NCBI GenBank assembly: GCA_965235115.1
Contig: OZ249439.1
Span: 29,078,001-29,142,000, forward strand
Length of the DNA: 64,000 bases
Direction: 5' to 3'
Source of the DNA: Laetmonice hystrix
Taxonomy: Eukaryota
Below are positions 46,901 to 55,345 of this stretch, one piece after another (position 1 is the stretch's first letter; every line of letters begins with the position of its first letter). Under the pieces are notes generated by a model. That model saw only the letters and a program-made list of their open reading frames with translations. It ran no database searches and had not been told where the DNA came from. The translations under genes were made by a program, and so were the position numbers.

Positions 46901-49490
46901 TCTGTACCCTGGTACTCCTACCAACTTTGAGAGCTCTGCTATCATCACAACCTTATCATTCGAGACAAATTTCTGTACACAATTGTCTTCATGCTTGAGT
47001 AACGCTAACAGAATCACTTAACGTTAGAGAATCATGAGCTCACTTACAGCAACACTTGAACTTTAAAAAAAAACCAAAATAATCCCCAATCTTTTGTGTA
47101 CGAATGTTTTGTTTCTTCAGAATCTTGATCTTGATATTCTGCCATCTGCTCCTGATATCCTCAACCACCTGCACTTGATACTCTGCCATCTGCACTTCCT
47201 CTCTCAACTACCATAAATCAGTGGCGATGAAATGGCCTCGGTGAACTATCAACATGGTCTCTTTAACTTATACATCAGAAATTAGCTCTGTTCTGTCTTC
47301 AATCTTTAATTTATGATTCTGTGACTGTTCTAACAAACCACCAACAGCAAGTTGAGCAACACACTTGACTTTCTGCCATAATAATGAATTCCTCAAGGCA
47401 GCTCTATCATTAGACAGGAAATCTTACTTAGAATTCATTGCCATATCTTGGCACGATCAGCCCTACAGCTCAAATTTACGTGAGACGTTTTATCAATCAC
47501 AAATTAAGAAGGTTTTAACTTAAAGGAATCGGCAGAAACATTGAGCATGTTTAGGCATGCAAGCTATAACCAGGAAACTGCTATGGAAATCAAATGGATC
47601 TAGGTTCTGAGGACATACTCTCTGAGAAATTGGACTTAGGAACAGGACGTTTAACTTTAAGGACATTTTAAGAGCATTCTAACGAAGTTACCAATTCCAG
47701 AACCTTTTCCTTAATGTATGGAGTAGGACACCATATCTACAGTGTACGTTATGTCAAGGAAAAATAAAAGTAGAATTCCTGTAATCCAACCATGGTCCAA
47801 CCCTCCTGTTTTAAATTTGCCTATTCAAATGTTCAAGTTTTAAAAACATGATGAATACTAATCTTTTCAATGATGAATCAGTTTTTTCTGACCATCCGAC
47901 CCTATTTTTTCCCAATGTTACCAGAATTCACCTGTCCAGTTTACTAAAGTTTCTCGGGTATTTTAATACAGATTTAAAATCTGACATTTTCCTTCATACA
48001 CACTATTAGAGTTTTGAATTTGCTGTAAACACGATACTTACTGTTCACGGAAATCCAAGACGGCAGGATCAAAGCGGATACGGCCTGATGTTGTACTACC
48101 GTCTTGAGTTCTGAAACACAAAATTTAACATTAGCAACAGATTCTACTAGTATCCAATGACAATGCCTGAAGACGTTTCAAAGAGAAGGACGAACAGTTT
48201 CTGTTATATTTGCTAGTTTTCATATAAAAACCATTTGCACAATTCAGTACTTCATGCACTTTTGATTCTTTGTTGTATCCTGCTTATTTAGCCTTGGGAC
48301 CACAGGTTTTAGCTGAAGCTCTTAATTTCCAAAACTGTAAGAAAGAACAATACCATGAAAATAACTCAAACTACAACATTTTAAGTGCGTCACTGGCATC
48401 TGGAGGGATATCTTGGGAAAGTGCATTTTATTTCAAACACTGTAGACCTTTCATATGGACTAGGGCCTTCTGTAAAAAAAACACACTTTTTTTGCCAGAG
48501 TTTGATCCCTCATGAACCATAAGTTTAAAAAACACTTTTCTATACTGTTGACTGACAAGGCACCAAACTTTAACTACAGATGATCAGTACTTTATGTATG
48601 ACTTCCTTATTCATAGCTAGACGTTTTTCTTATCCTGTGCTGACCGTCTGATGGCTCACAATACATCTTGATAATAAATGTGTAGCTTCGGAACATTTTG
48701 GACAATTTACCAAGAAGTAATTGTCCTATTTCACAGGAAAGTGGTAAGAATCATTGAATAGTAGGACTCTGATACAGGACAGCCCACAGGATTGGCATTT
48801 CGAAATGGCGCCAACCCGTGAATGGTGATGTTGACAAGATGTCTAAGATCAGTGGTGAGGTGAGGCTCGTGAGATGTCACTGGTGTCTGCGCTTTTTTTT
48901 TTTTTTTTTTTTTTTTTGGGGGGGGGGGGTGTATAATTGGCGAATGTTTGAACACCAGGTTACAGATAATGGGTAAAGCTGATTCATACTGGTAGGGGGC
49001 ACTTTTGTCATTACATATTCGGGCTGGTCCTTAAAACTGACTCTGCAACAGGCTGAAAATTGGCAAGTGTAAGAATACGAAACAACCACCGAATATTTTA
49101 AGTCGACACAGATGTGAAGTGATGCAGACCGTGACACACTGACCTTGAAATACACAATTACTATACTTCTACTTGAGTGACCACAGCTACCTGCAGCCAG
49201 GGGAAGCTGAAACACTTTCCAGTTTATTTTAATATGACAGAAGGATCAGCTGATTCAAGATTCCCGCTGGAATTGGTGAATTGCCGATTGAGGGGTCATG
49301 ATATGAATCTTGATAAGCAGGACCCGGTATCATTGTATTTCACAAAAAATCTAATGAAAATATTTTCCTGACGTTGCACTGCAAATCCCCACTGCATCTT
49401 TTTTCCGGCTCATGGGAATTCTGACTTACCTATTCAGTTTGGGTTTGCTGGCAGAATGATCATAATCAGTAGAAAACAGGTCTGGCAAGT
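25664..49490 (-). CDS. TMEM131: Transmembrane protein 131 (RW1), 33 coding exons, 5' exon(s) not located
   Basis: Exons encode hallmark TMEM131 segments: [107 protein letters not shown] plus a TM helix, [33 protein letters not shown]. All introns are GT-AG and the frame is maintained over 5813 nt to TAA at 25664-25666. Confidence 0.97.
26249..26475 (-). CDS. TMEM131: TMEM131 exon
   Basis: [10 protein letters not shown]...[13 protein letters not shown]...GEDWPGF...PPRTQ; 227 nt; cgcag|...CAG|gtaagg. Confidence 0.85.
26638..26756 (-). CDS. TMEM131: TMEM131 exon
   Basis: [13 protein letters not shown]...SFECPD; 119 nt; ttgcag|...G|gtgagt. Confidence 0.85.
26790..27316. mobile_element. Kolobok-type non-autonomous element with short TIRs, in a TMEM131 intron
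   Basis: TTAA (26786-26789) | AGGGGCAT ... ATGCCCCT | TTAA (27317-27320); 527 bp. Confidence 0.75.
27740..28175 (-). CDS. TMEM131: TMEM131 exon
   Basis: [13 protein letters not shown]...SSYSSVVSS...TTPEPM; 436 nt. Confidence 0.92.
28911..28980 (-). mobile_element. Degenerate tRNA-derived (SINE-like) head
   Basis: Minus strand has a B-box GGGTTCGATTCC (28929-28940) and a weak A-box-like atgcgaatgg upstream; does not fold into a full cloverleaf. Confidence 0.35.
29836..29958 (-). CDS. TMEM131: TMEM131 exon
   Basis: [40 protein letters not shown]; 123 nt. Confidence 0.9.
30104..30395. repeat. Tandem duplication of about 145 bp (period 147)
   Basis: 30104-30247 and 30251-30395 are nearly identical (ctcatgatttctctctctaaccgc...gaagttcctgcgag). 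Confidence 0.92.
30616..30968. mobile_element. CAGG-ended MITE with 6-bp TSD (hAT6-like)
   Basis: AGCTTT | CAGGCATGAGAGTG ... CACTCTCATGCCTG | AGCTTT. Confidence 0.85.
31360..31496 (-). CDS. TMEM131: TMEM131 exon
   Basis: [12 protein letters not shown]...QTKGN; 137 nt. Confidence 0.92.
31699..31898 (-). CDS. TMEM131: TMEM131 exon
   Basis: [12 protein letters not shown]...GNIHRP; 200 nt, phase 0 to 2. Confidence 0.88.
32007..32167 (-). CDS. TMEM131: TMEM131 exon
   Basis: [12 protein letters not shown]...[20 protein letters not shown]; 161 nt. Confidence 0.9.
32396..33501 (-). CDS. TMEM131: TMEM131 large exon (TM helix and start of disordered cytosolic tail)
   Basis: [12 protein letters not shown]...[37 protein letters not shown]...; 1106 nt; donor G|gtgagc. 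Confidence 0.96.
33805..34000 (-). CDS. TMEM131: TMEM131 exon
   Basis: [16 protein letters not shown]...[11 protein letters not shown]...KVDI; 196 nt. Confidence 0.95.
34215..34354 (-). CDS. TMEM131: TMEM131 exon
   Basis: [17 protein letters not shown]...HLKSCD; 140 nt. Confidence 0.94.
34746..34918 (-). CDS. TMEM131: TMEM131 exon
   Basis: HTTTSTAT...[17 protein letters not shown]; 173 nt. Confidence 0.92.
35117..35195 (-). CDS. TMEM131: TMEM131 exon
   Basis: [26 protein letters not shown]; 79 nt; phases fit both neighbours. Confidence 0.88.
35597..35706 (-). CDS. TMEM131: TMEM131 exon
   Basis: [36 protein letters not shown]; 110 nt. Confidence 0.93.
36006..36141 (-). CDS. TMEM131: TMEM131 exon (not in ORF track)
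   Basis: [45 protein letters not shown]; 136 nt. Confidence 0.93.
36397..36514 (-). CDS. TMEM131: TMEM131 exon (not in ORF track)
   Basis: [38 protein letters not shown]; 118 nt, phase 1 to 2. Confidence 0.9.
36653..36728 (-). CDS. TMEM131: TMEM131 exon (not in ORF track)
   Basis: [25 protein letters not shown]; 76 nt. Confidence 0.93.
36954..37109 (-). CDS. TMEM131: TMEM131 exon
   Basis: [14 protein letters not shown]...DTRFYY...LEPHRDNM; 156 nt. Confidence 0.93.
37339..37445. mobile_element. Harbinger-type MITE, copy 2 (diverged)
   Basis: Aligns along its length with 24601-24707 (ccctgtcgtgcgt.aaaatcccca.tgaaaat.cattgg...cgacaa.ctaacgaca); right TSD not preserved. Confidence 0.7.
37471..37557 (-). 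CDS. TMEM131: TMEM131 exon (not in ORF track)
   Basis: [29 protein letters not shown]; 87 nt. Confidence 0.92.
37637..38108. repeat. 36-40-bp AT-rich tandem repeat filling a TMEM131 intron
   Basis: Unit gacactattatagggataggatatagtggaaacaa(acag/a)ttt; degrades towards 38100. Confidence 0.95.
38126..38230 (-). CDS. TMEM131: TMEM131 exon (not in ORF track)
   Basis: [35 protein letters not shown]; 105 nt. Confidence 0.92.
38544..38666 (-). CDS. TMEM131: TMEM131 exon
   Basis: [24 protein letters not shown]...DTNP; 123 nt. Confidence 0.92.
39065..39175 (-). CDS. TMEM131: TMEM131 exon
   Basis: [19 protein letters not shown]...LRNDNPVD; 111 nt. Confidence 0.93.
39230..40023. repeat. 35-bp tandem repeat, interrupted by a MITE
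   Basis: Unit caaattatatccccatggctttggataattaatat; about 12 copies left of the MITE, resuming at 39970. Confidence 0.95.
39637..39969. mobile_element. CAGG-ended MITE with 5-bp TSD (hAT5-like), inserted into a 35-bp tandem array
   Basis: GCTTG | CAGGGTTCTCGCCA ... TGGCGAGAACGCTG | GCTTG; the uninterrupted array unit shows the empty site. Confidence 0.85.
40088..40258 (-). CDS. TMEM131: TMEM131 exon
   Basis: [12 protein letters not shown]...[20 protein letters not shown]; 171 nt. Confidence 0.93.
40618..40771 (-). CDS. TMEM131: TMEM131 exon
   Basis: [11 protein letters not shown]...[16 protein letters not shown]...RYFS; 154 nt. Confidence 0.93.
41264..41369 (-). CDS. TMEM131: TMEM131 exon
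   Basis: [35 protein letters not shown]; 106 nt; a different frame from the ORF-track call. Confidence 0.92.
41686..41794 (-). CDS. TMEM131: TMEM131 exon (not in ORF track)
   Basis: [22 protein letters not shown]...LISFT; 109 nt. Confidence 0.92.
42122..42391 (-). CDS. TMEM131: TMEM131 exon
   Basis: [15 protein letters not shown]...[12 protein letters not shown]; 270 nt. Confidence 0.95.
42756..43290. repeat. 91-bp tandem repeat, about 6 copies
   Basis: catggcatgg at 42781, 42872, 42963, 43054. Confidence 0.95.
43716..43796 (-). CDS. TMEM131: TMEM131 exon (not in ORF track)
   Basis: [27 protein letters not shown]; 81 nt; gcag|...|gtaagt. Confidence 0.95.
44668..44790 (-). CDS. TMEM131: TMEM131 exon
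   Basis: [28 protein letters not shown]...SSPLQ; 123 nt. Confidence 0.95.
44989..45102 (-). CDS. TMEM131: TMEM131 exon
   Basis: [18 protein letters not shown]...FRYQ; 114 nt. Confidence 0.95.
46310..46433 (-). CDS. TMEM131: TMEM131 exon
   Basis: [17 protein letters not shown]...FHCSFFQDK; 124 nt; ag/gt boundaries. Confidence 0.95.
46605..46938. mobile_element. CAGG-ended MITE with 6-bp TSD (hAT6-like)
   Basis: CTATCA | CAGGGCTCTCAAA ... TTTGAGAGCTCTG | CTATCA. Confidence 0.82.
48042..48110 (-). CDS. TMEM131: TMEM131 exon
   Basis: tttcag|...|gtaagt; [23 protein letters not shown]; 69 nt. Confidence 0.9.
49430..49490 (-). CDS. TMEM131: TMEM131 exon, most 5' one found
   Basis: Long T-tract acceptor, donor AG|gtaagt; (D)[19 protein letters not shown]; phase 2 out fits the next exon. 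Acceptor could instead be at 49481. Confidence 0.6.
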
Positions 49491-51141
49491 CTCAAAGCTA
49501 ATAACAAAAAAACAAAAGGCGCAAAATTTGGCTGAATAATTCAGTTACGCCGATAACCACCTCAGTACATCTGTGCACAGCAGAAATATCTCCTGCTGGG
49601 AAAATGGCGGGAATATATAACAATTCCCAATAGAAATAGGGTAAGGGGATGGAGAAGACAGTCACAGCGTCGTGTCTTTCACCCTTCAATAAGACAACCA
49701 TCTACCAACAAGCCATCTGACACAGACGCTACATTTCAGTGACCCCCACTCCCCACCCTCCCGGCTGTAAACAAGGAGACGGGCCCTGCGTGTGTACAAA
49801 CGAAAACTATGTAGGTTGGCTACCAGCCAACTCGGCTAACTCCTCAACACTGGGACCAGTAAGTTATCTGTACAAACCTCCATCAAGCCATCCCCCGACC
49901 CTCATCATCTCATTCCGTCCCACCTTTACCAGCCACATCAACCAGCAACGATGTGGGACTTTTACGCCTTAACAAATAGGGGCCTCTCTGTACCTCCAGG
50001 GCCCGTCTCTTTGTGGATCTTGAATTAAAATTTACTGTTAAAGCTCAAGCAAGGCTTACAGCTCAGAAACAGTTAATTTCGACTCAGATTCCACCGTTAA
50101 AAAAACGGGGTTGACTATTATGATTAAAGAGAAGGTATTGCATTACATTTTTCAGAGATAACCTGTCCTGTCTGTACAGAAATATATCATGTTACGTGAT
50201 ATTACATCGATCTATCTCATTATGTGTCGATTTTGGTTTCGGTCGTTTTTGGTAAACCCCCTCGGTTTCAGTTTTTAGTCGCACCCCGCGAGCACACCTC
50301 TACCCCAGACAAAAACCAGCAATGTCCCCGTTTTACCGAAACCGGTTTTCATTTTTGTTAACATGTTGGTAGCTATATCGGAAATAGTTGGATTTTTTCT
50401 AACATAAGATGCAATTGGTTCCCTTTAAGATAAAAAAATAGAGATAGCATATTATTACAGATGCATTTCCAACACACATTCCTCATCCAAGAATAATTCC
50501 TCAGCCAAGAAAACTTTAAAATGCTAAAATCTTACCATCAGAATGGACACCTCTGATGCATCAAACTATTTTTTATAATATTAAACCATGTGTGACCGTC
50601 CCCTGGTGTACTCGGGCCTGAAAATATTCCAAAAACCGAACAGCATCTATCTCCCCTCACCTCCTGAGTAAAAAATCGCTGCACCTCCGTCTCTAAACTG
50701 AACATCTCTGACTAATGATCACCCAAGTACTGCGATGTTATGATGTCCTCACCATTACTAAGAACATCTCTGAATTGCCTTCGATTTTAAATCTGAGAGT
50801 GTTAATTCTTCACCTTGTTATTAACGTATACTGTTGTCGTCAGAGTTGTGTTTTAAAAAAATGTCATCTATTGCTCCGCCGGAGAGTAGCACTAGCAGTG
50901 TCTCAGGTGACATGTGTCGATTGTTTGCAGACAAGAGGATTGTCGCATTTTACTTGATCCAATCCTGTTGTAATTCTTGCAAACACTGGCAAAGCTATCA
51001 TTCTAACAATGAGAATAAAGCAGGCATTGTTATTGGAAACAATGACCCTGGTTTGCCATTCAATGACGAAAAATGAGTACTGTCTTGGATGTTCTCAGAA
51101 TGGAGACCAAGGACTTGCTATGTAAATGGACATAGCAAGTA

Positions 51142-51510
51142 CAGGGCTTGTCCTTTGAAAAAAGCAGATGCACAAAATTTTGTGCGCCTTGAAAGAGGTA
51201 GGCGCGCATTTTTTTTTTGTGCACCTAAAATGTGGTAGGCGCACAATTTATTCTTGGGTCAGATGAGGTGTAATAGTGTGTATCCTCACAACCGTCACAC
51301 ATCCCATCCGTCTTGACTTCTGTTAATGATCAACCATAGGCACATGGGTACTGCCAGGGTACAAGCACATTATACATTACAAGTAGTCCGAGGCGCGCGA
51401 ATTTTCAAGTTTTATTTTTGCAAGGTGCGCGTTTTTTTGCGCGCCTCTGTCCCATTTGAGGCGCGCCATGGCGCGCGCGCGCAATTGCGCGCCTTAAAAG
51501 ACAAGCCCTG
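51142..51510. mobile_element. CAGG-ended MITE with 6-bp TSD (hAT6-like), GCGC-rich subterminal motifs
   Basis: CAAGTA | CAGGGCTTGTC ... GACAAGCCCTG | CAAGTA. Confidence 0.82.
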
Positions 51511-53898
51511 CAAGTAGACATGCTCAACAAAAACCCAAAAACAACCAGGGTTTCACTCATACGGCTCTCTATCTTTATCATACTGGCATAAATGTATACA
51601 TTTTTAGAAATGTAAACAAAGCAAATCACTTTTTTTGGTTGGTGGGTGGATGGATAGACTTCAAATATCCAAAGAGCTTAAAGTCCACCAAATGCCGCAA
51701 ATGCACGCCACCGGGGACTTGCTTTAATTATAAACCTATCCTATTAGTCCATTGTGCCACATCACAGCAGGTAAGGATGTACTACTGTAAATTGCATACA
51801 CAAATATCACTAATTACGAAATCTATGATAATTGGGGAAAATTTAACAGGTAAAATTCCAAAAAAACCTCACCCACAATAGCTCCAAGCAGGAATTTCCC
51901 AAAAAATTATACACTGCAGAAATGGTTTGCATTAAAAGTTTACAAACTAATGGCTTAATGCCCTAGCTGACTTGATAGAACGAGCCCTGTAAGACCTATA
52001 AATAGCGTGTATCAGTAGGTGGCACCTATGAACGCTTTGTCTGGTAAAACCAGGTGTGAACGCTGTAAGAAATGTTACACTTCCACAGGAAGTGGGGAGA
52101 AGATTGCGCTGCCATTAGTTAATACGACAAGCTGTATCCAACCAGAGGATATCAACTCGGCTCATAATTCAAGTCACGAACGGCCCTCATATTGAAGAAG
52201 ATGAAGTCCCAGGCCTAATTAAGTCACCTGTTGGCGGAAACCGTCGCTATGGCTACAGCGTGCAGCTGTTGCGAATCCTTGTCATATTTACATGTAGAAT
52301 GGCAGCAACCTTCGACAGAACACTGATTAAGTGAATGAAGTATACCTAAGGGGTGAATACCAGTTTTATAAAGTACGTGGTTATTCATTTCTGCCAAAGT
52401 TCCAAGTTCAAGAAAAGAAAAAAAAAAGGTCAACAAGTGATAGGTCTGAGGGGACATCAACAATTTTTGGTCCCTGTCACCCTCCACTTCTCAGAATATT
52501 CCCACGGAATACTAAAAGAAAAAAATACTACCGTGAACGCCTTATTTTTAAAACCAATTTTGTAACTGAAATAACTGGCAACTGATGGGAGCATGCCTGT
52601 TGGGAATTTTAATTTGATTTAAAAGGCTTTGAAAACGTTTTAGTGCAAAGGGGGTTAAAGTAAAAACTAAATCTCACAGCTGTACATTTCGTCTCTTGGG
52701 ACAAGCTCTCAACTAGTGTGTATGGTGTAAGCAGGTCTAGGCATGTACTTCAGCACAGGGCGCAGAAAGCCTTCTTGTATGTAAAGCAAATAAACATTAC
52801 GGCCTACTATCCATTCTTGGACGAACCTAAGACAAAGAACGGGAAATATTCAGAATTCCACTCTCTCACTGACATGGTGTAGCTGTGTTTCAGTTGTTCC
52901 TGTCCCAATCCAATCCGCCTCCCTCAGCGTAAAAAAACTAAAAAGGGAATATAATTAGTAACTCTTTAACTGAATTCTAGGTTCCCTCCAAAATATTATA
53001 ACTAATAAATCTATAAGTATGCTAATAAATGCTTGCTGTAGCTTTCAGTTTCAGGTGTATAACCACACGTGCAGCATAATGAACAAAATCAGTCGAGGTG
53101 CATGAAAAAACACAGGATTCATACATAAGAATATTGAACGCTGCGATATTAAATATTTGCGGTAGACGACATTGTACACATATTATTGCGACAGCCCTGC
53201 ACTCAGCAACACAGCCAAGCTGTGATTGCATGGTCAAATGTCAATGCACCACTAGACTGAGCGATGCTTCACAAACATTTTACCCAGTACCCTATTCCCA
53301 GCGTCCAGGGGAATTTTAAACATCCCACTTCTAAACAGGTTTCTTGTCTTTAATCTGCCCGCTCCCGGCACATAGGTGGTGATCCATAGCCCTAATTAAA
53401 ATCTTATCGTCACTAATTTCACACCTATTTGCGAAAACCAGACCAGCATCCGATACTTTTGCAGGTCATGTACAAATCAATGTTGCTCCTGCCCTATTGT
53501 ATACCGGGAGGTGGGGGCCACTGGGAAAGCTGTCACAGACCGACAACAATGCATATAACATAATGCCGAGCACTATAATCAATGCCATCTGTGCGACGTC
53601 CTTTGTTTTAAACATTGATTTTTACCGGCCAGGCGCTGAGCCTAATTTGTCATAACATGACTCCAATTACAGATTCTGAGCGACAAGCTGAAGTCAGGTT
53701 GGTTCATATATTGTAACTATGGAGATGTCTCACCTCATGAAGAAAACTTCAACAGTACATGGTGTAATAAGATACTGGCGGCCAGATTATTAGGTAGGAT
53801 ACTTTACACAGGTACAATGTTAAACTGGCCAACTTGAGAAATTGATGTACAGGCAAATATGATATCTTACACTTTACAGACTTGGGATGTTGGCCTTA

Positions 53899-54114
53899 AG
53901 CCTGCGATCCACGAAGGCGATTGTCCTTGCGACGTCCATGCGATTTTGACATCAGATCACCCTTCTATTTTACTGTTATTTTGAGATTAAAGGATGGAAC
54001 CCATTTCCTTAAACAGGGCAGGCCAGCCAGGAAAAATTACAGAGCGAAATTCTACCATTAAATAAAAAATCGCATGGCCGTCGCAAAGAAAATCGCCTTA
54101 GTGGATCGCAGGCT
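53899..54114. mobile_element. Harbinger/PIF-type MITE (TTA TSD)
   Basis: TTA | AGCCTGCGATCCAC.AAGGCGATT ... AATCGCCTT.GTGGATCGCAGGCT | TTA; imperfect TIR of about 50 bp. Confidence 0.8.
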
Positions 54115-54365
54115 TTAGAACAAACTAGGGGCTGGGGCATGCTAGAAGATATTCACTCTAGCAAGGCCAATATCAAACATGATTAGGACCCCTGAGTTCC
54201 ATCAGGCCTCCCAGGGTCACTCCTCCTGATAGGGTTTGTTTTTATATTCAAAGTACCAAAAGTTGAAATCCCTGCCCCCCCCCCCCCCCCCCCGGGTAAA
54301 ATTCAAACTTAAGTTTGGCTCCATTTATGAAGACATCGGTAGGGGGATAGAGACGTGCCTAGAGG

Positions 54366-54689
54366 GGGCTCTCACACGCTACGATTTCGGCTACGATAAC
54401 CCATGATATGCCTTTTAAAATATTGTAACATGTGAGAGCGCTTGCGACAAGACAAGACACGATTCTGTCAGATGTAGATCTATGATTGTACGGTATTGTA
54501 GCGTTTTAAACATGTTCAAAACTTTACTGCCGTGCGACGGACAATCGTGTGATTTTGCCGGGAAATAATGGCGTTGAATGGAGAAGAATCGCATATCTTA
54601 TGATATGGCAGCATGTGAGAGCTAAATATGCTGCGACACGACCTGACCCGAAATCGCATGATTGATATCAGATCGTAGATGTGACGGCT
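54366..54689. mobile_element. Degenerate TIR element abutting the 49-bp array
   Basis: ggctctcacacgctacgat at the left end vs atcgtagatgtgacggct at the right end (imperfect inverted repeat); no clean TSD. Confidence 0.4.
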
Positions 54690-55345
54690 TGTTACACCGT
54701 CACCTGCTCCCCCCTTCACATCATCAACTTGTTACACCGTCAACACCATGACCTGCTCCCCCCTTCACATCATCAACTTGTTACACCGTCAACACCATGA
54801 CCTGCTCCCCCCTTCACATCATCAACTTGTTACACCGTCAACACCATGACCTGCTCCCCCCTTCACATCATCAACTTGTTACACCGTCAACACCATGACC
54901 TGCTCCCCCCTTCACATCATCAACTTGTTACACCGTCAACACCATGACCTGCTCCCCCCTTGACATCATCAACTTGTTACACCGTCAACACCATGACCTG
55001 CTCCCCCCTTCACATCATCAACTTGTTACACCGTCAACACCATGACCTGCTCCCCCCGGCACATCATCAACTTGTTACACCGTCAACACCATAACCTGCT
55101 CCCCCCAACCTCCGGTACCAGTTGTCTGTGTAAACATGGGATCCTGATGGTGCGATACTCACATCATCAACTTGTTACACGTCAACACCATGGCCTGCTC
55201 CCCCTTCACATCATCAACTTGGTACACCGTCAACACCATGACCTGCTTCCCCCAACCTCCGGGACCAGCTGTCTGTGTAAACACGGGATCCTGATGGTGT
55301 GATACTCACATCATCAACTTGTTACACCATCAACACCATGACCTG
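54688..55345. repeat. 49-bp tandem repeat with a 147-bp higher-order duplication at its right end
   Basis: Unit tcatcaacttgttacaccgtcaacaccatgacctgctccccccttcaca; caacctccgg insert at 55106 and 55253. Confidence 0.95.

Noticed and set aside
47520-47714. Another TTAA-AGG element
   Set aside because: Right end does not give CCT-TTAA and no TIR is evident
49144-49207. Splice-bounded segment [21 protein letters not shown] as a TMEM131 exon
   Set aside because: Only the phase 0/0 frame is open, but the host intron is phase 2; no similarity to TMEM131
52229-52401. Splice-bounded ORF segment MNNHVLYKTG...VSANR
   Set aside because: No TMEM131 similarity and its phase-2 exit does not fit the phase-1 entry at 49490
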